A stretch of DNA of 64,000 nucleotides. Origin: Mesorhizobium sp. 65-26 (lineage in GTDB: Bacteria; Pseudomonadota; Alphaproteobacteria; Rhizobiales; Rhizobiaceae). Positions 36,501-44,698 of the stretch are shown one piece after another. The first letter of the stretch is position 1. Each line of letters opens with the position of its first letter. Below the pieces are notes generated by a model that searched no databases, was not told where the DNA came from, and was given only the letters and a program-made list of their open reading frames with translations. Where the stretch lies: assembly GCF_001899205.1 (NCBI RefSeq), contig NZ_MKVL01000010.1, positions 117,166 to 181,165 of the forward strand, read 5' to 3'. The translations under genes were made by a program, and so were the position numbers.

Positions 36501-38952
36501 GACGAACAGCGCCGGCAATATCAATGCAGCCTGGGCCGGTCAGAAGGCGGTGTTCGCGGGCACGCCGGGCACGGTCAGCGTCGTCGGCTCACAGACCTTC
36601 ACCGGCCTGCGCTTCGTCTCGCATCCGAGCAACTGGACCTACACGCTTGCTGCCGGCGCCGGTGGCGGGCTGGTGACCAATTCGGCCGGCACCGAGATCA
36701 TCGTCGCCGCCGATCCGGGCGCGAGCGTGAACAAGGCGGTGATCAATGTCGGCATCTCCGGCACCGGCAGCATCGTCAAGCTCGGCGACGGCACGCTGGA
36801 TCTTGGGACGGCCAACAGTTACCAGGGCGGCACCACGGTCAAGGAAGGCGAACTGGTGGCGGCGGCCAATGGCGCGCTGGGCAGCGGCGCGGTCTCCGTC
36901 TCCGGCGCACCGGCGGCGACCTTGAAGCCCAGCCTGCGCTTCGCCGGTCCGGTCAATGCCAACGGCCTGACGATCACGACACAGAACGGCTCGGTCGTGT
37001 TCGACAGCCAGTCGAGCGCGGGCACCGCCGGCATCACCAACCAGGGCGACGGCGGAACCGTGTTCCTGGCCGGCTCCAGCGCCGGGACGGCCACCATCAC
37101 CAACGAGAGCGGCGGCACCACGGCTTTCCGTGGCGACGTCGCCTCGACCGGAGCCAGGATCGTCAACAAGAGCGGCGGCAAGGTCGACCTGTCGACCTTC
37201 GACGCGGCGGGCGCCTGCAATTGCGTCGTGCTCGGTTCCGTTGCCGGCGCTGGCGACATTGCGCTCGGCGCGCACAGGCTCGAGACCGGCGCGCTCAATC
37301 TCGACGAGACGATATCGGGTGTCATCTCCGATGGCGGAGCCTCCGCCAAGGGCAGCTTCACCAAGGCGGGCTCCGGAACGCTGGTGCTGTCGGGCGCAAA
37401 CACTTATCTCGGCACCACCACCGTCAATGGCGGCCTGCTCAGGATAGACGGCTCGCTGGGCTCGGCCGACCTCACGGTGGCAAGCGGCGCGACGCTTGGC
37501 GGCACCGGCACCATCGGCACGCTGGCGGGCGGCACGGTGACGATTCAGGCCGGCGGCCATCATGCGCCCGGCGCCTCGATCGGCACGCAGACCATCAACG
37601 GCAACTACCGGCTTGCCGGAACGCTCGACGTCGAGATCGACCCGACCAGCGCCGACAAGGTGGTGGTTTCAGGCAATGTCGACGTCACCGGCGGCACGCT
37701 CGCGCTGCACGAACTGACCGGCACCGGCTGGCAGCCAAGCCAGACCTACACGATCATCGACAACCAGGGCGCCAATGCGGTGACCGGCCAGTTCGCCTCG
37801 ATCACCCATGTCTACGCCTTCCTGACGCCGGATGTGGTCTACAATGGCGGCGACGGCAACAATGTCGTGCTGACGCTCAACCGCAACCAGGTCGACTTCG
37901 CCTCCGTCGCGCATACGCCAAACCAGAAGGCGGCGGCAGGCGGCATCCAGTCACTCGGCATCGGAAATACCGTCTACAACGCCATCGCGCCGCTGACGGA
38001 AGACGAAGCCCGCTATGCCTTCGACCAGCTCTCGGGCGAGGTGCACGCGGCCGCCGCCGGCATGCTGCTCGATGAGAGCCGGCTGCTGCGTGAGGCGGCG
38101 CTGGCGCGTGCCGGCGCCACGATCGGCGAGGGCGCGGCGAGGGGCTTCTGGATGCAGGGCGCCGGCCTTGCCCGCTCGCTCGACAGCGACGGCAACGCCG
38201 CCGACGCCAGCGCCAGCACCGGCGCCTTCTTCGCCGGCTTCGACACCGGCGCGGGCGACTGGACGATGGGCTTCCTCGGCGGTGTCAGCGTCACCTCGGT
38301 CGATGTCAACGACCGCAACTCCTCGGCCGACATCACCAGCGTGCATCTCGGCGCCTATGCCGGCGGCGCGATCGATGCCTTCCGGCTGAAGTTCGGCGCT
38401 GGCTACAGCCACCACGACATCGACACGGCGCGCGAACCGCAATTCGCCGGTTTCGGCGAGCGGCTGAAGTCCAGCTATGGCGCGAGTACGCTGCAGGTGT
38501 TCGGGGAGGCTTCGCGGCCGTTCGATCTCGGCGCGCTGACGGTCGAGCCGTTCGCCGGCCTTGCCTATGCGCGTCTGTCGACCGACGGATTCGACGAGAC
38601 TGGCGGGGCAGCCGCGCTGGGCTCCGGCGGCTACGCCAACGACGCCACCTTCACCACGCTCGGCGCACGCGTCTCGCGGCAATTCACGACCGGTGGCACG
38701 GCGTTCGACCTGCACGCCTCGCTCGGTTGGCGCCACGCCTTCGCCGACGCGCCGGCGGCGCGACTGTCCTTTGCCGGTGGCGATGCGTTCACCGTCTACG
38801 GCCTGCCGATCGCCCGCGATGCGCTGGCGTTGCAGGCGGGCTTCGACGTCAAGCTCGGCGCTGCCAGCCGGCTCGGTTTCAGCTATGACGGCCAGTTCGC
38901 GTCCGGTGCCATGGAGAACGCCTTCAAGGCGAGCTTCTCGACGCGGTTCTGA
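33547..38952 (+). CDS. Type Va autotransporter (~1800 aa) with repeat-rich beta-helical passenger
   Basis: Signal-like segment (AALFLSSSSLALGA), Gly/Thr-rich repeats (VTGAGSQW; GTGTSTLTGANTYTGGTTINSG), DQLSGEVHA linker, beta-barrel ending ..FSTRF. Start uncertain (33493/33547). Confidence 0.95.
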   Translation: MASQTRAQRRALQGIAAGFSGGIRSVGLRSAGLAALFLSSSSLALGASLTWNGATSGNWFTVGNWTPSGVPTSSDDLVINSAGVNTATIGSAGALAKTLTIGSTAGTNGALVIDGAGTLGVSSNYLVVGDYGTGTLTISGGGKLTSAGGVVANNPSSSGTMTITGAGSQWTNSFLSISADTGAVGRVKVEAGGKLQSSGNVMIGESSVNADGQLTVTGSGSDFTMTSAGIAQFRVGAVGKGDFQLLDNATASTKYTYLGGSVGSLGTATVSGGASWTTGSFTVGPQGQGELTVSSGGKVITTGSGATARIGNGKVTVTGAGSQWTIDGNNYLPLLIGSTSQTAELKILNGSAVAIDANATNFLSADLRLANGANEKASITIDGAGSSFTTPYRVYMGNGTNSTVDTTVSGGGKLNTGYTSIASASDATTATADTVTVTGSGSVWAISNTLGSGPSDLQGLTIGGAGKGVLTIADGGVVRVNGGTGGVGIGGLAGSSGTLNIGAAAGSAAVAPGTLEASTAIFVSSAAAPQAVNFNHTSSNYIFAPKLDGNGPGAVNVIAGTTIFTADNTYTPLTTIYAGATLQLGNGGTTGGITGNVANNGTLIIDRSNDFGLGYAGVISGTGNVVKNGTGTSTLTGANTYTGGTTINSGQLNVGNFTGDGTLTGDYVNHSKLLSYSNGTPTYSGVISGEGSFEKSGNGTLTFNSVQTYTGGTKLTFGSLILGGNDRLVTTGALIGNGGVFDLNGFNQTVGDLSGYGRLEIRTGTLTAGGSADTLYQGQINGTGAFTKQGSGTLTITGTKNFSGTTTVNAGTLKVDGTMASSTFQVNSGGTLTGGGAVGATTVANGGTLAGKAGQTLTLASLTLNDGSNVSAALGAANTTPLFDVTGNLTLDGKLSVSDAGGFGNGTYRIANYGGTLTNNGLVIGTVPVGYNPGDWSIQSGSGVVNLLVATGAGEQYWDGANTNPGGVADGRGGNGTWDASSTNWTNSAGNINAAWAGQKAVFAGTPGTVSVVGSQTFTGLRFVSHPSNWTYTLAAGAGGGLVTNSAGTEIIVAADPGASVNKAVINVGISGTGSIVKLGDGTLDLGTANSYQGGTTVKEGELVAAANGALGSGAVSVSGAPAATLKPSLRFAGPVNANGLTITTQNGSVVFDSQSSAGTAGITNQGDGGTVFLAGSSAGTATITNESGGTTAFRGDVASTGARIVNKSGGKVDLSTFDAAGACNCVVLGSVAGAGDIALGAHRLETGALNLDETISGVISDGGASAKGSFTKAGSGTLVLSGANTYLGTTTVNGGLLRIDGSLGSADLTVASGATLGGTGTIGTLAGGTVTIQAGGHHAPGASIGTQTINGNYRLAGTLDVEIDPTSADKVVVSGNVDVTGGTLALHELTGTGWQPSQTYTIIDNQGANAVTGQFASITHVYAFLTPDVVYNGGDGNNVVLTLNRNQVDFASVAHTPNQKAAAGGIQSLGIGNTVYNAIAPLTEDEARYAFDQLSGEVHAAAAGMLLDESRLLREAALARAGATIGEGAARGFWMQGAGLARSLDSDGNAADASASTGAFFAGFDTGAGDWTMGFLGGVSVTSVDVNDRNSSADITSVHLGAYAGGAIDAFRLKFGAGYSHHDIDTAREPQFAGFGERLKSSYGASTLQVFGEASRPFDLGALTVEPFAGLAYARLSTDGFDETGGAAALGSGGYANDATFTTLGARVSRQFTTGGTAFDLHASLGWRHAFADAPAARLSFAGGDAFTVYGLPIARDALALQAGFDVKLGAASRLGFSYDGQFASGAMENAFKASFSTRF
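34034..34520 (+). repeat. Exact 25-bp direct repeat inside the autotransporter (34034-34058 and 34496-34520)
   Basis: TCACCGGCGCCGGCTCGCAATGGAC twice, encoding TGAGSQWT. Confidence 0.9.
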
Positions 38953-38957
38953 TATCC

Positions 38958-38987
38958 GTCGCCCGAAGTGCTTCGCGCTTGGGCGAC
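38958..38987 (+). terminator. Stem-loop downstream of autotransporter
   Basis: GTCGCCC...GGGCGAC 7-bp inverted repeat just after the stop; weak U tract. Confidence 0.4.
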
Positions 38988-39123
38988 GCCCCCAGCCTTT
39001 GATCGAATCCCACCAGCCTGTTGGCCGCTTCGCCTCAGATTGCGATTCAGCCATGTCCGATGTCCGGCAGCGCCGTAAGCGCCGGAGCGGAGTACCGCGC
39101 CTGACGCTCATTGCCGAATGGCC

Positions 39124-39176
39124 TTGACTTATGCATATCCCGTTGGTTATACGTCGATCAATAGCCAATGGGTTAT
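39124..39176 (+). promoter_or_regulatory. Promoter (TTGACT -35) with two tandem ArsR-type boxes ATAnCC-N4-GGTTAT
   Basis: ATATCC-CGTT-GGTTAT 39135-39150 and ATAGCC-AATG-GGTTAT 39161-39176, directly upstream of the ArsR gene. Confidence 0.7.
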
Positions 39177-39185
39177 CGATTTCGA

Positions 39186-39509
39186 ATGGCAAACGCCCAC
39201 GACATGCTTTTCAGGACGCTCGCCGATCCGACGCGCCGCGCCATCTTCGAGCGATTGTGCCGCGAAGGTGAACAGACGGTCGGGGCGTTGACCGCTCAGG
39301 CCGGCGTCTCGCAACCGGCGGTCTCCAAGCATCTCGGCCTGCTCAAGGAGGCGGGGCTGGTCCGCGACCGTCACGAAGGCCGCCAGACCCACTACAGTCC
39401 GCGGCTGGAGGCGCTTGCGCCGCTGATGGACTGGACGCGCGATATGGCCGGCTTCTGGGAGAGCCGGTTCGACGACTTGGAAGATCTGCTCAAGAGGATG
39501 GACCAGTGA
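39186..39509 (+). CDS. ArsR/SmtB-family HTH repressor
   Basis: FRTLADPTRRAIFERL, VSQPAVSKHLGLLKEAGLV, GRQTHY. Confidence 0.95.
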   Translation: MANAHDMLFRTLADPTRRAIFERLCREGEQTVGALTAQAGVSQPAVSKHLGLLKEAGLVRDRHEGRQTHYSPRLEALAPLMDWTRDMAGFWESRFDDLEDLLKRMDQ

Positions 39510-39934
39510 ACGGCGCCGTCGAGACGCGGACCGTCGTCGTCGAGCGTGAGATCGCGCATGCGCCGGAAAAGCTCTGGCGCGCGCTGACGCAACCGCACCT
39601 GATCGAGGAGTGGCTCATGAAGAACGATTTCAGTCCGGTCGTCGGGCATCGCTTCAACATCAGCGCCGACTGGGGCGGCGTCCTGGACTGCGAGGTGCTT
39701 GCCGTCGAACCGAACAGGACATTGTCCTACACCTGGAACCTCGCGCATCAAGATCCGGCCTTCAACCTGCAAAGCGTGGTGACCTTCACGCTGACGCCGA
39801 CGGCCAAGGGTACGCATCTGCGCATGGAGCAATCCGGTTTCCGCCCCGAGCAGAGGCGGGCCTATGGCGGCGCCAGGGCCGGATGGCCGCAGTTCCTTGA
39901 GAAGCTGGAACTGCTTCTGGAGCGAACCGACTGA
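39506..39934 (+). CDS. SRPBCC/AHSA1 (START-like) domain protein
   Basis: VVEREIAHAPEKLWRALT...EEWLM...VTFTLTPTAKGTHLRMEQSGF...GW. Confidence 0.92.
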   Translation: MNGAVETRTVVVEREIAHAPEKLWRALTQPHLIEEWLMKNDFSPVVGHRFNISADWGGVLDCEVLAVEPNRTLSYTWNLAHQDPAFNLQSVVTFTLTPTAKGTHLRMEQSGFRPEQRRAYGGARAGWPQFLEKLELLLERTD

Positions 39935-40027
39935 CTTTCCCGGCCCGCGCCGTCAATCCCGGCCCGTGTCGTCACAAGCCGCGCCCTCGCCATGAAGCGG
40001 GCGCACCCTGGACCATGGAGGATACCC

Positions 40028-40420
40028 ATGAAGATCAAGCTGACCACCATCCACGTCGACAACCAGGAGAAGGCGCTCGCCTTCTACACGGGCGCGCTCG
40101 GCCTGACCAAGAAAGCCGATTTCAGCAATGGCCCGTTCCGCTGGCTGACGGTGGCTTCGCCCGATGAGCCCGAGGGGACCGAATTGCAACTGGCGCTCAA
40201 CGACAGCCCGGCCGCCAAGGCCTATCAGCAGGCGATGTTCGGCCAAGGCCAGCCGGCGCTGATGCTGTTCAGCGACGACATCGAGGGCGACTGCGAGCGC
40301 ATCAGGGCACGGGGCGGCGTCTTCGCCATGGAGCCGACGGAGGTTACCGGCTCGACCATCGCCCGTTTGAACGATGGCTGCGGCAACCTCGTCCAGATCA
40401 CCCAACTGGCGCGCTGGTGA
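40028..40420 (+). CDS. VOC/glyoxalase/bleomycin-resistance family protein
   Basis: IHVDNQEKALAFYT..LG, RWLTV, DGCGNLVQI. Confidence 0.92.
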   Translation: MKIKLTTIHVDNQEKALAFYTGALGLTKKADFSNGPFRWLTVASPDEPEGTELQLALNDSPAAKAYQQAMFGQGQPALMLFSDDIEGDCERIRARGGVFAMEPTEVTGSTIARLNDGCGNLVQITQLARW

Positions 40421-40462
40421 GGCGCGGTGCAGCTCTTTTCAACCATCTCGCGGGAGGTACCC

Positions 40463-40684
40463 TTGGACTGGAGCAAGTGGATAAGGCAGGCCCATCGCTG
40501 GCTGTCGATCATCTTCACCGCGACCGTGATCGCCAATTTCGCCACCATGGCCCTCGGCACGCCGCCGGCCTGGGTGGTGTATTCGCCGTTGCCGCCGCTC
40601 TTCCTGCTTCTGTTCTCCGGCCTCTACATGTTCGTGCTGCCCTATCTGGCCGGCGGCCGGGCCGCGCAGCGTGTCGGCGGGTAG
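40463..40684 (+). CDS. Small two-helix membrane protein
   Basis: TTG start after GGAGG; WIRQAHRWLSIIFT...LLFSGLYMFVLPY (PepSY-TM-like HRW motif). Confidence 0.8.
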   Translation: MDWSKWIRQAHRWLSIIFTATVIANFATMALGTPPAWVVYSPLPPLFLLLFSGLYMFVLPYLAGGRAAQRVGG

Positions 40685-40688
40685 GCCG

Positions 40689-41132
40689 GTGAAGAAGCCA
40701 CGATCACCCAAGGCGGGCTCCGGCGAAACCGGGCCCGTGCTGCTTTCGGGCGGCAACCCGCAGATCGCCAAGGGCGAAGGCGACGCGCCAGTGCAGGCTT
40801 ACATCGCGGCGATGCCGGGCTGGAAAAGCGAGGTGGGGCGGCGGCTCGATGACGTCGTCACGCGCACCGTTCCCGGCGTGCGCAAGGCGGTCAAATGGAA
40901 TTCGCCGCTCTACGGCGTCGAGGGGCAGGGCTGGTTTCTTGGCATCCATTGCTTCGCGAAGTACGTCAAGGTGGCGTTCTTCCGTGGGACCATGCTCGAC
41001 CCGGTGCCGCCGATCGCCTCCAGGAGCGGCGACACGCGCTACCTGCATATCGGCGAAGACGGCGCATTCGACGAGGCACGGTTCGCCGCCTGGGTAAGGC
41101 AGGCCAGCCGCTTGCCCGGCGAGCGCATGTAA
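40689..41132 (+). CDS. DUF1801 (YdhG-like) protein
   Basis: LLSGGNPQIAKG.GDAPVQAYIAAMPGWK, VRKAVKWNSP.YG; start 40671/40689 uncertain. Confidence 0.85.
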   Translation: MKKPRSPKAGSGETGPVLLSGGNPQIAKGEGDAPVQAYIAAMPGWKSEVGRRLDDVVTRTVPGVRKAVKWNSPLYGVEGQGWFLGIHCFAKYVKVAFFRGTMLDPVPPIASRSGDTRYLHIGEDGAFDEARFAAWVRQASRLPGERM

Positions 41133-41237
41133 GGGCCGGCGGACGGCGCTGAGGGCTTGCCGGACCGGCACACGCGCCTATGTCGATTACGGTTCGGGAC
41201 GGCCGCTAGGCCTACGTCATCGAGGAGAGAGACGGGC

Positions 41238-41636
41238 ATGACCAAGAGCGGATCGACGGAAGCGAAAACGCCTTCCCAGCAGATAGATGCCAGGATCGAG
41301 GAGCTGGGTGGCTGGCGCGGCGAGACGCTCGGCCGGCTTCGCACCCTCATCCGGCAGGCCGATCCCGAGGTGGTCGAGGAGTGGAAGTGGCGCGGCGTGC
41401 CGGTGTGGGAGCACGCGGGCATCATCTGCACCGGCGAAACCTACAAGGCCGTGGTCAAGATGACCTTCGCCCGGGGCGCGTCGCTGGAGGACCCGAAGGG
41501 CCTGTTCAATTCCAGCCTTGAGGGCAACACCAGGCGCGCCATCGACATCCGCGAGGGCGAGACGATCGACGAGGAAGCGCTGATGGCGCTGGTGCGCGCG
41601 GCCGTGGCGCTCAATACCTCCAAGGTAAAGCGCTGA
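41238..41636 (+). CDS. DUF1801 (YdhG-like) protein
   Basis: SQQIDARIEELGGWRGETL, VEEWKWRGVPVW, LFNSSLEGNTRRAID. Confidence 0.88.
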   Translation: MTKSGSTEAKTPSQQIDARIEELGGWRGETLGRLRTLIRQADPEVVEEWKWRGVPVWEHAGIICTGETYKAVVKMTFARGASLEDPKGLFNSSLEGNTRRAIDIREGETIDEEALMALVRAAVALNTSKVKR

Positions 41637-41684
41637 CCCGTCGAGCCGAAGATTTGCCCGATGTCGCCCTGAATAAGATACCGC

Positions 41685-41716
41685 GCAAGACCAGGGCCGT
41701 TTCCGCCCGGTCTTGC
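41685..41716 (+). terminator. Stem-loop after DUF1801 operon
   Basis: GCAAGACC...GGTCTTGC 8-bp inverted repeat. Confidence 0.45.
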
Positions 41717-42018
41717 AAGTAAAGTGATCAGTTTCACTGTCTTTTGACTTGCCAAGTCCAGCCGTCGCGCGCCTAATCAAGGTGCTCGCAATCGGGGGAT
41801 CGCGTGCGCGTCGCATCATACGCCGTCCGGGAATTTTCAAAGATGACCGCCACGCCGGTCGTGGCCCGCTTCGGCATGGCCCCAGCGGACATGTCGGCCC
41901 ATCGGCGCGGACAGGCAAGGGAAACCGCGACGTTCTGATTTCGCGCGTTGGTCGATCGGAGGCCCTGGGAAACAAGGCCGGCCCGATCGTCGGAAGCCAC
42001 GCGCCGGGGGAGGGGATC

Positions 42019-44595
42019 GTGGCAAGGAACATCGTTCTTCTGGCGGACGGCACCGGCAACAGCGCCGCGAAGGCCTTCAAGACCAATGTGTGGCGTCTCT
42101 ACCAGGCGCTGGACCTGACCGGCGGCGACCAGATCGCCGTCTTCAGCGACGGCGTCGGCACATCCTCGTTCAAGCCTTTCGAGATCATCGGGCTGGCGCT
42201 GGGCTTCGGCGTCAAGCGCCGGGTGCTGGCGCTCTACAAATTCCTCTGCCTCAACTACCAGAAGGGCGACCGAATCTTCGCCTTCGGCTTCAGCCGCGGC
42301 GCCTTTACCACCCGCGTCCTGGTCGGGCTGGTGGCGCGCGAGGGGCTGGTCGATTTCAAGTCGGAGGAGGAACTGGACCGCAACGCGCGCGCCGCCTACC
42401 GCGCCTATGGGGCCAAGGCTTTTCCCTCGAAACTGCCCTGGGTGGTGTTCGCGCGCTTTATCGCCCGGCGTTATTTCAATCTCTGGAACGAGATCACCGG
42501 CAGCCGCACCTACGAGCAGGTCCGGCCGGCGGGGGACGACGACCGCTCCGCGAAGCGGATGCGGATCGCCTTCGTCGGCGTCTGGGACACGGTCGCCGCC
42601 TACGGGCTGCCGATCGACGAATTAACCCGCGCCGTTGCCCAATGGGTATGGCCGATCATGTTCGGCAGCACCGGGCTGCTAGACAATGTCGAGCGCGCCC
42701 GGCAGGCCTTCAGCATCGACGACGAGCGGCGCACCTTCTTCCCGATCCGCTGGGACGAGGAGCCGTCGAAGCTCGGCCCCGGCGCCATCGACGCACGGTT
42801 GCTGCAGGTCTGGTTCGCCGGCTGCCATGCCAATGTCGGCGGCGGCTATCCGGACGACAGGCTCGCCCACATCCCGCTATGCTGGATGATCGGCGAGGCG
42901 GCCGAAAGCGGGCTGCGCTTCAAGACGGACGTCGTCGCCGACTACTGGGACTATGCCTCCGAGGCCGGGCGCATCTACGATTCACGCTCGGGCCTGGGCG
43001 TCTTCTACCGCTATCATCCGCGCCCCATCAAATGGCTGGTGGGCAGGGGCGTGACGCCGCTGGTCGATGCCAGCGTCGTCACCCGCATGGCGCGCGGCTG
43101 CGACGACTATGCACCCGTGGCGCTGCCGGAGCATATCGACGTGCTGACGCCGTTCGGCGAGCGCATCGCCTTCAACGGCATGCCCGGCATCGCGTTGACG
43201 CCACCCGACAGGCTGCCCCTGCCGGCCGGACGCGAACGCGATCTGCCGGCGATCGAGCGCAGCTTCCAGGTCTCGCTGACCAAGCTGCAGCAACAGAATG
43301 GCGGCGGTCGCCGCGAACGCCTTGCGCTGATGAACGATACTGTGTGGTGGCGGCGCGGGCTCTATTACGTGCTTCTCGCCATCGCCATGCTGTTCCTGGC
43401 CTTTCCGCTGGTCGCCGGCTACATGACGCTCGACATCGTCGGCCAGCTCGAACAATCGTCGAACGGGATCATCAGCCCGATCATCGGTTTCATCGGCGGT
43501 TTCCTGCCGAGCTTCGCGTCGCCATGGCTGGATGCGATGGCCCGCAATTCCATCCCGGCGGCGATCCTGGTCGCGTTGTTCTTCATCCTGCTCGCGGTCA
43601 ACAACGTGCTGCGCACCCGCATTGCCGACCGCGCGCGGGCCGCCTGGAACGATGCCGCCGGTCGCAACGCCGCCACGCTGCATTCGGGCCAGAGCGACGC
43701 GCATCGGCGAGCCGCGCTGATAACGGCCACGGCATCTGGCGTCGGCGCCGCCGCGCTGGCTGTCTCCGGCAATTACGCATGGCCATTCCTGGCCGTGGTG
43801 TGCATCGCAAGCCTGGCCGCCTTCGGCGCGCTGTCCAAGGGCTATCCGCAACACGGCGCCGGCAAAGTGCCACTGTCGTTGCGCATTGCCCGCGCCATCC
43901 GCGAGGACCGGCGCGCCAACCGGCTCTATCAAACGCTCCGCAAATGCGTGCTGCCCGGAGTCTTCCTGGCGCTGTCGATCGGCCTCATACTGCTGGGTCT
44001 CAACAAGGCGGTCTATGTGGTTGCCGATTCTGGCGGAGAGTTCTGCCCTGAACCGGCGAACCAGCCGGATCCACTCACCAAGCGCTATCCCGTCGAAAAG
44101 CTGCTCGCGGCGGATGCCGAGTTCAAGACCATCGATATGTGCACCGATACGGGTAGCTGGCTGCAGGAGGGCGTCCGCTATGAGGTCAGCATAAAGATCG
44201 ACAGCCAATGGCAGGACGGGGATCTGTGCGCCGATACACTCGGCGTCTACAAGCACAGCATCAAGCACAATCTCGCAACACCGCTCAAGCGCTGGTGGAG
44301 CCAACCCTATTTCAAACCCATCGCGCGGATCGGTCCCTATGGCAGTCACGAATACGTGCTCGAGCCCGTCGATCCGATATTTACCGGCACCTGCCTGAAC
44401 GGGGTGCTGAACGCCGAACTGACGCCGAAGGAGTCAGGCGAGCTCTATGTCTATGTCAACGACGCGGTGCTGATGCTGCCGGGCTGGACCCATTTCTTCT
44501 ACACGCACAACAGTGGCCGCAATGCCGGTTCCGCCAAGCTGCGCGTCAGGAGGGTGACGGTGTTCCCCGAAGGCGGACCGCCGAGGAGCCAGTAG
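42019..44595 (+). CDS. DUF2235 (Tle1-like alpha/beta hydrolase) with internal transmembrane segments and a C-terminal soluble domain
   Basis: GTG after GGGGAGGGG; NIVLLADGTGN, TNVWRLY, FGFSRGAF (GxSxG), GVWDTV, QVWFAGCHANVGGG; hydrophobic segments from about aa 445. Confidence 0.88.
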   Translation: MARNIVLLADGTGNSAAKAFKTNVWRLYQALDLTGGDQIAVFSDGVGTSSFKPFEIIGLALGFGVKRRVLALYKFLCLNYQKGDRIFAFGFSRGAFTTRVLVGLVAREGLVDFKSEEELDRNARAAYRAYGAKAFPSKLPWVVFARFIARRYFNLWNEITGSRTYEQVRPAGDDDRSAKRMRIAFVGVWDTVAAYGLPIDELTRAVAQWVWPIMFGSTGLLDNVERARQAFSIDDERRTFFPIRWDEEPSKLGPGAIDARLLQVWFAGCHANVGGGYPDDRLAHIPLCWMIGEAAESGLRFKTDVVADYWDYASEAGRIYDSRSGLGVFYRYHPRPIKWLVGRGVTPLVDASVVTRMARGCDDYAPVALPEHIDVLTPFGERIAFNGMPGIALTPPDRLPLPAGRERDLPAIERSFQVSLTKLQQQNGGGRRERLALMNDTVWWRRGLYYVLLAIAMLFLAFPLVAGYMTLDIVGQLEQSSNGIISPIIGFIGGFLPSFASPWLDAMARNSIPAAILVALFFILLAVNNVLRTRIADRARAAWNDAAGRNAATLHSGQSDAHRRAALITATASGVGAAALAVSGNYAWPFLAVVCIASLAAFGALSKGYPQHGAGKVPLSLRIARAIREDRRANRLYQTLRKCVLPGVFLALSIGLILLGLNKAVYVVADSGGEFCPEPANQPDPLTKRYPVEKLLAADAEFKTIDMCTDTGSWLQEGVRYEVSIKIDSQWQDGDLCADTLGVYKHSIKHNLATPLKRWWSQPYFKPIARIGPYGSHEYVLEPVDPIFTGTCLNGVLNAELTPKESGELYVYVNDAVLMLPGWTHFFYTHNSGRNAGSAKLRVRRVTVFPEGGPPRSQ

Positions 44596-44698
44596 CTCCC
44601 GGCATGCCGCAGGAAGGGCGAATTCCTTCTCGGTGGTTTTCCTGAATCCCATCAGGCGCTTGGACGATCCTGATCAAGTGCCGATTCAAGCGGGGCCG

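Noticed and set aside
33547-37900. CRISPR array or tandem DNA repeat
   Set aside because: The repeats are in-frame, degenerate protein repeats with no constant repeat-spacer periodicity; no cas genes are present.
37951-39192. Track ORF 37951..39192 (-)
   Set aside because: Antisense to the autotransporter barrel and crosses the ArsR promoter; no homology cues.
41637-42018. Riboswitch or ncRNA in the long leader of the DUF2235 gene
   Set aside because: No cobalamin, c-di-GMP, TPP, glycine or SAM consensus could be matched by eye; an Rfam/Infernal scan would be needed.
42019-44595. T6SS effector locus
   Set aside because: No vgrG, PAAR, hcp, adaptor or immunity gene is adjacent, and the protein has TM segments.
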